NCBI GenBank assembly: GCA_038234855.1
Contig: JBBQSR010000002.1
Span: 1 to 32,190, forward strand
Source: Ktedonobacterales bacterium
GTDB taxonomy: Bacteria > Chloroflexota > Ktedonobacteria > Ktedonobacterales > JACDGC01
DNA length: 32,190 bases
Direction of reading: 5' to 3'
The notes under the pieces: generated by a model
Databases searched by the model: none
What the model was told of the DNA's origin: nothing
What the model saw: only the letters and a program-made list of their open reading frames with translations
Translations under genes and position numbers: made by a program
Part shown: one piece after another, positions 16,541 through 24,191 of the stretch
How positions within the stretch are numbered: position 1 is the first letter of the stretch
Layout: each line of letters opens with the position of its first letter

Positions 16541-17962
16541 ATGGATTCTACCACCGCCGCGCCCGACGCGCGCAAACCGGGTCTGCTGATCAATCGCAAC
16601 TTTGGCCTGCTCTTCGCGGGCGGGGCCATCTCGGTCTTTGGCGACATCATCTTCGATTTTACCCTGGTCGTGTGGATCACGCTGGGCCTGGCACACAATG
16701 CGAGCTGGGCACCGTTGGCGGTCAGCGGCGTCTTGTTGGCGGCGGCGGTGCCGCTTTTCATCTTTGGCCCCATCGCGGGCGTCTTCGTGGACCGCTGGGA
16801 CAAGCGCCGCACCATGCTGCGGATGGATGCCATCCGCGCGGTGCTGGTGGGCGTGCTGGTGCTGGCGACGAACATCGTCCCCCTGCCCTTCCTGCCGGAT
16901 GGGCGGCTGCCGCTGGCGGCGCAGCTTTCCATGATCTATAGCATCGTCGTCATCAACACGATCTGCGCCCAGTTCTTTAATCCCGCGAAGATGGCGCTTA
17001 TTGGTGACATCGTGCCGCCGCCGCAGCAAGCACGGGCGGGGGGGCTGAGCCAGACCATCCAGATGCTGTCGCTGGTGCTGGCCCCGCCCATCGCGCCGAT
17101 CCTCTATCTTGCCACGGGGGCGCAGTGGGCCATTGGCATTGATGCACTGTCGTTCCTCGTCTCGTTTCTGTTGGTTGCGGCGGTGCGCGCGCCCAAGGCC
17201 GCCAGCAGCGTCGCCGAGGGGCAGCAGCCCCACTTCCTGCGCGAATTCATGGCGGGGCTGCGCTTCAGTTTTGGCAACCGCACGATCTCGACGCTGATCG
17301 CCTCGGTCGCCATCATCATGTTCGGTGCCAGCGCCCTCAACGCGCTCGATCTCTTCTTCGTGTTGGGTCCGCTGCACACCACGGTGGGCCTCTATGGCTT
17401 TTTGACGGCAGCCATGGGGATTGGTGCTGTGCTGGGGGCCATCTTCGCAGGCATCTTCGCCCAGCGAATTGGCTTGGTGCGTACGCTCAACGTCAGTTTG
17501 CTGGTGGTGGCCGTCGCCATCTTGATCTATTCGCGGTTGACGAGCTTTTGGCCCGCCGTCGCGGTCATGGGGGTCGCGGGCATCTTCCAGTCGGCGCTGA
17601 ATGTGCCGCTGGGGCCATTGCTGCTGCGCATCACCCCGCGCGAGATGATCGGGCGCGTCGCCGCGACCATTAACCCCGTCACGGGCCTCGTCTCGATGCT
17701 GGGCACGGTGCTGGCGGGCTATCTGGCGAGCGAGGTGCTGGTCAACCTGCACGCGAACGCGCTGGGCATGACCTTTGGCCCCATCGATACCATCTTTACC
17801 GGCAGCGCGATCATCGCCATCCTCGGGTCGCTCTACAGCATCGCGCGGCTGGGCTTTCGCGATCCGGCCCCCCGCGTGCCGCCCGCCGCGCCGTTGCCCG
17901 TCGGGGCGGACGCCCCTGCGCTGACGACGGTGGGGGTGCCCGAGACGATCACGGCGGCGTGA
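16541..17962 (+). CDS. MFS transporter (drug/siderophore-exporter-like)
   Basis: About 12 TM segments and the signature GPIAGVFVDRWDKRRTM after TM2. Downstream of the ArsR regulator. Confidence 0.9.
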   Translation: MDSTTAAPDARKPGLLINRNFGLLFAGGAISVFGDIIFDFTLVVWITLGLAHNASWAPLAVSGVLLAAAVPLFIFGPIAGVFVDRWDKRRTMLRMDAIRAVLVGVLVLATNIVPLPFLPDGRLPLAAQLSMIYSIVVINTICAQFFNPAKMALIGDIVPPPQQARAGGLSQTIQMLSLVLAPPIAPILYLATGAQWAIGIDALSFLVSFLLVAAVRAPKAASSVAEGQQPHFLREFMAGLRFSFGNRTISTLIASVAIIMFGASALNALDLFFVLGPLHTTVGLYGFLTAAMGIGAVLGAIFAGIFAQRIGLVRTLNVSLLVVAVAILIYSRLTSFWPAVAVMGVAGIFQSALNVPLGPLLLRITPREMIGRVAATINPVTGLVSMLGTVLAGYLASEVLVNLHANALGMTFGPIDTIFTGSAIIAILGSLYSIARLGFRDPAPRVPPAAPLPVGADAPALTTVGVPETITAA

Positions 17963-18096
17963 ATCTGGCTGCGCCTGGTGCCAGAACGCCAGTTCGCATG
18001 TGTGACTACCTTTTGCCACCCACAGCACCATCTTTGGCTGTGGGTGGCATTCTTATTCTCAAGAGCGACATGCTAGCGCACAAGGGAGGGCACACC

Positions 18097-18456
18097 ATGA
18101 GACTGGGCAGCAGCATCATCAGCACGTCGGATAAAGAGCGGATGAAGCGTTTTTACCATGACATCTTGGGCGTTCCATTCAACGCGGCGGGCAAGCTAGA
18201 GAGCCAGGGCGTCATCATCCATCCCGCCTTCCATGACGCCATTCACCAGCCACCGATTGAGCCATATCGCGTCATGATGACTTTTGACGTTGAGGACGTC
18301 CACCTCGCCGCGAGCCGATTGCAAGCACAAGGCGTCATCTTCATGCGACAGTCAGAACAAAAATCATGGGGAGGATGGATCGCTACGTTCCTCGACCCCG
18401 ATGGGAACTATCTGCAACTCTTGCAGCCCGCAGATAATGGGAGCGATAACGCGTGA
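18097..18456 (+). CDS. VOC (glyoxalase/bleomycin resistance/dioxygenase) family protein
   Basis: ATG 18097 after AAGGGAGG. FYHDILGV...F.V.DV......L...GV........WGGWIATFLDPDGNYLQL is the typical VOC pattern. Confidence 0.75.
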   Translation: MRLGSSIISTSDKERMKRFYHDILGVPFNAAGKLESQGVIIHPAFHDAIHQPPIEPYRVMMTFDVEDVHLAASRLQAQGVIFMRQSEQKSWGGWIATFLDPDGNYLQLLQPADNGSDNA

Positions 18457-18548
18457 GCCTCAGTCATCACGCATCTCGCCGACTTACCGCATCAGAACAG
18501 TGGGTCTGCTGGGAACGCCACCTGTCGATGCGGTACCTGCCGCAGGAG

Positions 18549-18812
18549 TCAGCCGCCAGAAACCGCCATCAGGACGCGAACGACCGAGCGCGGGTGTAGC
18601 ATGGTGCTGAGCATGGCGCGTTCTCCATCGACATATACGTTGATGTGGGGACGTAGGGTCATGTGCGAGTTGCACAAACAGTTGGCAAGGCCCGCCCACC
18701 GCTGATCGAGCTTGGCGATCAGTTCCTGTACGGCCTGTGCGTCCAGTTCGACGCGCAGCGGCAGTCCCGGTACGAGGGCGGTGAGCGCGCGTGGCAGATG
18801 CACCTGTGCCAT
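18549..18812 (-). CDS. MoaD/ThiS-family ubiquitin-like (beta-grasp) small protein ending in Gly-Gly
   Basis: 87 aa with C-terminus ...VLMAVSGG-stop. INVYVDGE is typical of ThiS/MoaD. The start lies 1 nt after the upstream gene's stop, with GGAGG inside that gene's 3' end. Confidence 0.7.
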   Translation of the reverse strand: MAQVHLPRALTALVPGLPLRVELDAQAVQELIAKLDQRWAGLANCLCNSHMTLRPHINVYVDGERAMLSTMLHPRSVVRVLMAVSGG

Positions 18813-18813
18813 G

Positions 18814-19887
18814 TCAGGCCTCCACTAGCGCCGTTTCAACCGACAAAATGGGCGGTAAATTTGTGCAGATCTGCTGCCAACTCTCCCCCTCATCATGACT
18901 GCCAAATACTTGGCCCGTGCTAGTGCCCACATAGATGCCCACGGGGTCTAGGGTATCTACCGCCATCCCTTCACGCAGCACGCCTAAGTAGGCATGCTCC
19001 TCTGGTAATCCCCGTGTCAGCGGACCCCATGAATCGCCGCCATCAGTGCTGCGCCACACCACCATTCGCCCTTCTGGGACGTAACGGCCCTTATCGCCGC
19101 CATTGAGGGGGATCACATACAGGGTATTCGGATCGCGCGGGTGAAGTGCGAGCGGGAAGCCGAAATCCGATGGCAGGCCGGCGGTGATCTCTTGCCAATG
19201 CACGCCAGCATCATCGCTGCGATAGACGCCACAGTGATTTTGCTGGTAGAGTTGTGCGCCATCCGCTGTCAGCAGCAGTTTGTGAACGCACTGGCCAAAC
19301 TCTGGATAGCGCTCGGGATGAAATTCGGCGCGCACACCCTGGTTCCGTGTTGCCCACGTCTGGCCGCCATCCGCTGTCGCGAAGGTTCCAACCGCCGAGA
19401 TGCCCACCCACATGCGGTCAGGCTCGGTGGGATGCACGACGATGGAATGCAGACATAGCCCACCATAGCCAGGTTGCCACTGTGCACACGTGGGATGGTT
19501 GCGGAGTCCCTCAACATGGGTCCAGGTCAGCCCCTGATCGGTGCTGGCAAATAGCCCAGCGGGATCGGCACCGGCATAGATCACGTCTCGCGCCGGGGTG
19601 AGATGCCAAATGGTCGAGATTCCCGGCCCCGCCTCGCCATAGGTCAGGCCGATATTCGTATGCGACCACGTCTCCCCTACATTCTCGCTGCGCCAGATGC
19701 CGGGGCCAAACCACGGATTGCCCCCAGCCGCATAGAGAAGATGGGTGGCGTCGTCGTAGACCATGTGATAAATGGGCGACGCCTCGCAGAATGGACCCCG
19801 CAGGTGCCATTCCGTTCGTCCCTCGTTGCCTGTGAGCAGAAACGCGCCTTTCTTCGTCCCCAAGAGCACCAAGACTTGTGCTGTCAT
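18814..19887 (-). CDS. BNR/Asp-box repeat beta-propeller protein (sialidase/xyloglucanase-like fold), cytoplasmic (no signal peptide)
   Basis: Six Asp-box-like motifs (SENVGETW, STDQGLTW, TADGGQTW, SDDAGVHW, STDGGDSW, SHDEGESW). Starts MTAQVLVLLGTKKGAF with no signal sequence. Confidence 0.8.
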   Translation of the reverse strand: MTAQVLVLLGTKKGAFLLTGNEGRTEWHLRGPFCEASPIYHMVYDDATHLLYAAGGNPWFGPGIWRSENVGETWSHTNIGLTYGEAGPGISTIWHLTPARDVIYAGADPAGLFASTDQGLTWTHVEGLRNHPTCAQWQPGYGGLCLHSIVVHPTEPDRMWVGISAVGTFATADGGQTWATRNQGVRAEFHPERYPEFGQCVHKLLLTADGAQLYQQNHCGVYRSDDAGVHWQEITAGLPSDFGFPLALHPRDPNTLYVIPLNGGDKGRYVPEGRMVVWRSTDGGDSWGPLTRGLPEEHAYLGVLREGMAVDTLDPVGIYVGTSTGQVFGSHDEGESWQQICTNLPPILSVETALVEA

Positions 19888-19957
19888 CCGTCTACTCCTT
19901 CAGCGAAATATCGCTTCTATCGCTCAGTCCACCACTGCGCCCATAGAACTTACGTAC

Positions 19958-19987
19958 AATATAGCCAGGGAACGATCCATTTGTCAA
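19958..19987 (-). promoter_or_regulatory. Candidate sigma70 promoter (TTGACA-18-TATATT, minus strand) for the BNR / MoaD-like pair
   Basis: The minus strand reads TTGACA (19987-19982), an 18-nt spacer, then TATATT (19963-19958), about 70 nt upstream of the start at 19887. Confidence 0.4.
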
Positions 19988-20174
19988 TAATGCTAGCTTA
20001 TTTCGCTTAGGCATCCCATTTCACCAGTCACCAGGGAGAGCGTCCATCCCCGCTGTCCTTTCGGTTCAGCAAGGGGCCGCGAGCATCGTGTGGGCCGCGC
20101 TGGGGCCACCGTCAGGCCCCAGCGGCGGCTTCTTGCGCGATGGGCAACCCTCGCCCTGGTGCTGTCCGCCCCGC

Positions 20175-21764
20175 CTAGCGTGTGGCGGCGGGCATGGGCA
20201 CCTGGCGGCCTGACGGGTCGGCCTCGTCGCGGCGGGCACCCTCGTGATATTCCGCGTCGGTGTTGACGCGCCAGGGATCGTACTGGGTGCCCAGGGCGAT
20301 GTTGCGCGCCGCCAGCAGGGCCGTCATCATTGAATGGTCCTGGTTGTTGTAGTGGTGCATGCCATTGCGGCCCACCAGATGCAGATTCGGCAGGTGCGCT
20401 TCCAGGTAGTCGCGCACCACCGCGACGTGCTGCTTGTAGGTCGCGTCATAGACGGGGTAGGCCTTAGGCTGGCGCACCACCGTCCCCCCGGTGATGTCTT
20501 GCGGGCGGCACATCCCCAGCTTCACCAATTCTTCGCCGCCGAGCCGCACCAGATCCGCGTCGGCTTGCTCCCACAGGCCGTCGCCCGCGAAGCAGAAATA
20601 TTCCAGCCCCAGGCAGGTCGTCTGCGGGTCGGGCACCATGGCGGGACTCCAATTCTTGAAGTTCTGGATGCGTCCGGCGATGATGCCAGGGTCATGTAGA
20701 TAGATCCAATTATCGGGGAAGACCTCGGCCTGGTTCAGGATGAGCGCGATGGTGAGGAAGTCGCGGTAGCGCAACGACCGCGCGGCCTCGACCACCGCTG
20801 GCGGCAGGGCGGGGTCGCACATCTCGACCAGATTGCGCATCGGCAGGGTCGAGATGAAGTGGTTGCCCCGGATGGTGCGCTCCGCGCCCGTCGTGGCGTC
20901 GCGCGTGACTACCGCCGTCACGCGCCCGCCGCTGTGGCGCACGCGCACGATCTCTTGTCCTAGGTGCACCTGGCCGCCCCGCCCGCGAATCAGATCGCGC
21001 GTGCGGTCCCACATCTGCCCAGGGCCGTAGCGTGGGTAGCGGAATTCGTCGATCAGAGTCTTGATGACCTCGCCATCCTTGCCCTTTTGGCCGGGGAAGA
21101 GCGCGCCCTTGATCGCCTGAGTCAGGTTCAGCCCTTTGATGCGCTGCCCTGCCCAGTCCGCCGAAAGTTCCTTGGTGCTGATGCCCCAGACTTTCTCGGT
21201 GTATGTCTTGAAGAAGATCGAGAAGAGGCGCTCACCGAATTGGTTGCTGACCCAATCTTCGAGATTCTGCGGGTTCGCGACGGGGTGCAGCCGCGCGCCC
21301 GCGTAGCTGGCGAGGCAGCGCACCGTCTCGCCGATGCCCAGGTTGCGCAGCGCGTTCATCGCCTTGAGCGGATAGTCGAAGTATTTGCCGCGATAGAGGA
21401 TGCGCGACAGGCGGGGCCGCTTCAGCAATTCGTCACCGAGGATCTCGGTCCACAGATCCTCGATCTCTTGGCTTTTGGAAAAGAAGCGGTGGCCGCCGAT
21501 GTCGAAGCGATAGCCTTGATATTCCGCCGTGCGGCTGATGCCGCCGACATAGTGGGGGTCGGCTTCGAGCACCGTGACGGGGGTGGCATGGCGCGTCAGT
21601 TCATACGCGGCGGTGAGTCCCGCTGGCCCCGCGCCCAGTACCACGACGGGGGACCGCTCGCCCGAGGGCACCTGGGCGGCGGGGAAGGCGATGTCGGGGG
21701 CGAGTTGGTCGGCTCCCCGACCGGCGATGAGGGCATCCTGCTGGTTGAGCATGGTCTGTTGCAT
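20175..21764 (-). CDS. NAD(P)/FAD-dependent oxidoreductase (amine-oxidase / UDP-galactopyranose-mutase-like superfamily)
   Basis: Rossmann dinucleotide motif VVVLGAGPAGLTAAYEL....VTVLEA....GG, then RFDIGGHRFF and a long conserved C-terminal body. The exact start (21764 or the ATG 12 nt downstream) is uncertain. Confidence 0.85.
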   Translation of the reverse strand: MQQTMLNQQDALIAGRGADQLAPDIAFPAAQVPSGERSPVVVLGAGPAGLTAAYELTRHATPVTVLEADPHYVGGISRTAEYQGYRFDIGGHRFFSKSQEIEDLWTEILGDELLKRPRLSRILYRGKYFDYPLKAMNALRNLGIGETVRCLASYAGARLHPVANPQNLEDWVSNQFGERLFSIFFKTYTEKVWGISTKELSADWAGQRIKGLNLTQAIKGALFPGQKGKDGEVIKTLIDEFRYPRYGPGQMWDRTRDLIRGRGGQVHLGQEIVRVRHSGGRVTAVVTRDATTGAERTIRGNHFISTLPMRNLVEMCDPALPPAVVEAARSLRYRDFLTIALILNQAEVFPDNWIYLHDPGIIAGRIQNFKNWSPAMVPDPQTTCLGLEYFCFAGDGLWEQADADLVRLGGEELVKLGMCRPQDITGGTVVRQPKAYPVYDATYKQHVAVVRDYLEAHLPNLHLVGRNGMHHYNNQDHSMMTALLAARNIALGTQYDPWRVNTDAEYHEGARRDEADPSGRQVPMPAATR

Positions 21765-21951
21765 CCTTTCAACATCCGTACAGTACTAGCATAGGTACGC
21801 AAGCCAAACACCAACATTCGGCAATCGCTGGTTGAGTTTCACTCTCTATGGCACTGGATAGGAGGTTGCAAGATGTGCTAGATTGCGTCCATGTGAGACA
21901 CCGAATGCCCACAGTGCCCGTGTGGCCGTGTTTGTATTTGTGATAATTTTC

Positions 21952-21980
21952 TTGACAATTACAAAATGCCATGTTATACT
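21952..21980 (+). promoter_or_regulatory. Near-consensus sigma70 promoter (TTGACA-17-TATACT) driving the island cassette
   Basis: TTGACA at 21952-21957, a 17-nt spacer, TATACT at 21975-21980, about 30 nt upstream of the ATG at 22013. AT-rich upstream tract. Confidence 0.6.
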
Positions 21981-22012
21981 AGCAATGTAACAGCGTAATC
22001 TTCATAGGGGGA

Positions 22013-22693
22013 ATGGGCAGCATGCCGATGACAAGGGAAGAATTTGTTGCAGTATTAGCGCCAGCACAATTGGGCTTTATCATCGAAAGCATCCAGTTGG
22101 GTCTAGCGGATTATACGAATCCGCTTAACTATAGTGCTACTGCGAAAATTGCTCATACTCCTAGTGTTCGGGCGCAGATCCGCAACGCCCATATTGTGTA
22201 TCGCGCTAAAGAGTTGTTGAATGGACAAGATGGTGTTGGCATTGTTCCCAGAACTAGTGGGCAACGGCTCCTATTTTATGTCGCTGAGAATATCCGTTTA
22301 TCTTTTAAGAAGCTGAATACCAATCTGCGTTCGCAAAACTATCCAACCAAACAGGCAATAGCATTCAATGCACAACAATGGCCCTCAGATCTCGATTATG
22401 CGGCACAGCCTACTAAGCCAGAGCAACTTCCATTATGGTCGCAAGATATCGTGCCACAACTCACGAATCTGATTGGTGGATATGTGTATAATCAAGCTGA
22501 AACAAGCTTTATCGCTTATGTCGTGTGCCCAGATGGTGAACGTAACGTATGGGACTGGCCGTTGACAACGCACGATATCATTGAACTTGCTCATGCTGAG
22601 AATATCGCCGAGACGGAAGCAGTAACAAAAATTCGCAGCCGACCGATCCGCATTCGCCCAGGCGCGTCAAACACGCGAAAGAAGTCAGGGTAA
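22013..22693 (+). CDS. Hypothetical protein (226 aa), no recognisable domain; first gene of the island cassette
   Basis: Single long ORF in a low-GC context, where spurious long ORFs are unlikely. RBS AGGGGG upstream; alternative ATGs at 22022 and 22028. Basic C-terminal tail (RSRPIRIRPGASNTRKKSG). TAA stop abuts the next ATG. Confidence 0.7.
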   Translation: MGSMPMTREEFVAVLAPAQLGFIIESIQLGLADYTNPLNYSATAKIAHTPSVRAQIRNAHIVYRAKELLNGQDGVGIVPRTSGQRLLFYVAENIRLSFKKLNTNLRSQNYPTKQAIAFNAQQWPSDLDYAAQPTKPEQLPLWSQDIVPQLTNLIGGYVYNQAETSFIAYVVCPDGERNVWDWPLTTHDIIELAHAENIAETEAVTKIRSRPIRIRPGASNTRKKSG

Positions 22694-23779
22694 ATGGCAC
22701 AGCGTTACCAGCGTACCCACAATCAAACGATCAACCCCCAAATGATCGTACTTGCACGAGAATCACGGGGCCTCTCGCAAAAAGAGTTGGCTGCAAAGCT
22801 TGGCGTCCCACAAAGCCGTATTTCGATGATCGAGATGCAACTGCGCCCCATTTCTGATGATCTCATTGGCATGATCGCTAAAATTTTAGATTACCCACTC
22901 GCTTTCTTCTGGCAAGTGGGAGCAATTAATGGCATCGGTATCGCCGAGATATTTCATCGTAAGCGCCATGCCGTTCCCAAACGCACGCTTGATACTATCT
23001 ACGCCCGTTGCGAAATTCGCTTCAAACATCTTAATGCGCTTCTCATTTCTGTTGATGTGGAAACGACAGTCAATACAATTGACGTGAACAATTTTCCCCA
23101 GGAGCCAAGAGAAATCGCGCAGATGGTGCGCGCAAGTTTACACATTCCTAGAGGGCCTATCATAGATGTAACCGATGTTCTTGAAAATGCCGGTATTATT
23201 GTCATTGCCTTTGATTTTGAGACGACACGAGTAGATGCTCTCAGTCGGTGGATTCCGCATATGCCTCCGATTATTTTCGTTAATACGCAATGTCCCAAGG
23301 ATCGCCTTCGCTTCTCTTTAGCCCATGAATTAGGACACGTTGTCATGCATACTTCACCCAACCCTTATATGGAACAACAAGCGGATGATTTTGCGGCAGA
23401 GTTTTTGTTGCCTGAAAGAGAGGTGCGCTTAAATCTAGCAGCAGTTGATCTGGCTCAACTTGCGGTTCTCAAGCAGTATTGGAAGGTTTCGATGGCGGCG
23501 CTCTTGAAGCGGGCTGAGGATTTGGAAATCATCACGCCAAATAGGGTGCGTTATTTATGGGCACAAATGGCACGTCTTGGTTATAAAACGCGTGAACCAG
23601 TTGAGTTAGATATCAAGGGGGAAGAACCCAAACTGGTAAAGGAGATCATTGATGCGCATCTGAATGAGCTTGACTATACGATGCATGATCTCTTAGAGAT
23701 TCTGCCCCTACATGAGAACGAGCTAAAGACTTACTATTGGGAAGAGTCACGGCGAAAACATCTGAAACTCGTAAAATAA
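22694..23779 (+). CDS. XRE-family HTH domain fused to an ImmA/IrrE-family (M78, COG2856) zinc metallopeptidase
   Basis: N-terminal HTH (ARESRGLSQKELAAKLGVPQSRISMIEMQLRPIS). HEXXH motif with downstream acidic partner (RFSLAHELGHVVMH.......EQQADDFAAEFLLPE), characteristic of ImmA/IrrE peptidases. Confidence 0.9.
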   Translation: MAQRYQRTHNQTINPQMIVLARESRGLSQKELAAKLGVPQSRISMIEMQLRPISDDLIGMIAKILDYPLAFFWQVGAINGIGIAEIFHRKRHAVPKRTLDTIYARCEIRFKHLNALLISVDVETTVNTIDVNNFPQEPREIAQMVRASLHIPRGPIIDVTDVLENAGIIVIAFDFETTRVDALSRWIPHMPPIIFVNTQCPKDRLRFSLAHELGHVVMHTSPNPYMEQQADDFAAEFLLPEREVRLNLAAVDLAQLAVLKQYWKVSMAALLKRAEDLEIITPNRVRYLWAQMARLGYKTREPVELDIKGEEPKLVKEIIDAHLNELDYTMHDLLEILPLHENELKTYYWEESRRKHLKLVK

Positions 23780-23818
23780 ACCATCACCAAGGATACGATA
23801 AGAGGAGGCAACGGCAAG

Positions 23819-24178
23819 TTGGCGCTGAAAGACGTCCTGGGGCGATTCGTGGCGATTGATGGCGTGCGGGCGCTGATCGTGGCCGGGCGTGATGGCCTGG
23901 TCATCGGCCAGACGGATCTGCCCCTGCCCGACGCGGAGGCGCTGGCGGCCTATGGTGCCCAGGCGCTCGGCGCGGCGGAGGGGCTGGGCAGCGAGACGCG
24001 CCGTACCGCGCTGGTCGGCCTGATCGTGGAATATGGCGACGCGCTGGTCAGCATAGACCCGCTCGGTGAGTTGGCCGTGACGGTAGCGCGGCTCGACACG
24101 GCGGCGGCGCTGGTGCCGCTGCGGCAAAATTTGCGGCAATGGCGCGGCGACCTCTTGGCAGCCCTCGACGCCATGTGA
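23819..24178 (+). CDS. Roadblock/LC7 (MglB-like) domain protein
   Basis: TTG start 10 nt after AGGAGG. The pattern L......GV.A.IVAGRDGLVIG...........ALAAYGA......E.L....L....VEYGDALV...P is typical of Roadblock/LC7 proteins. Confidence 0.7.
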   Translation: MALKDVLGRFVAIDGVRALIVAGRDGLVIGQTDLPLPDAEALAAYGAQALGAAEGLGSETRRTALVGLIVEYGDALVSIDPLGELAVTVARLDTAAALVPLRQNLRQWRGDLLAALDAM

Positions 24179-24191
24179 GATACTGCCCATT

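Larger units (their letters stand above)
21780..23800. other. Low-GC compositional island (about 2 kb) carrying a two-gene cassette; likely horizontally acquired
   Basis: Hand counts of 60-nt lines give 27/60 GC at 22081-22140 and 21/60 at 23161-23220. The flanks give 45/60 at 21601-21660 and 45/60 at 24301-24360. Codon usage shifts to A/T-ending codons. No integrase, tRNA or flanking repeats seen. Confidence 0.75.

Noticed and set aside
16505-18031. 508-aa minus-strand ORF antisense to the MFS transporter
   Set aside because: Its Arg/Asp/His/Gln-rich composition is the mirror of hydrophobic TM codons. The MFS frame on the plus strand is clearly the real one.
20100-20122. GC-rich hairpin CTGGGGCC-N7-GGCCCCAG downstream of the FAD oxidoreductase gene as a terminator
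   Set aside because: No T-tract follows on the minus strand, the relevant orientation. It could be a stabilising stem-loop, but it is not a supported intrinsic terminator.
21937-21966. Possible XRE operator: inverted repeat around the -35 box of the island promoter (TAATT ... AATTA)
   Set aside because: Only 5 bp pair cleanly and the extension requires bulges or mismatches. In AT-rich DNA this is expected by chance.
21769-21972. 67-aa minus-strand ORF, and a Met-Cys-stop mini-ORF with an AGGAGG RBS (about 21862-21885), in the island's upstream intergenic region
   Set aside because: The 67-aa ORF has no supporting signals, is Cys/Thr-rich and overlaps the island promoter. The mini-ORF is most likely a chance occurrence. 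I cannot exclude a small RNA or leader peptide here without expression data.
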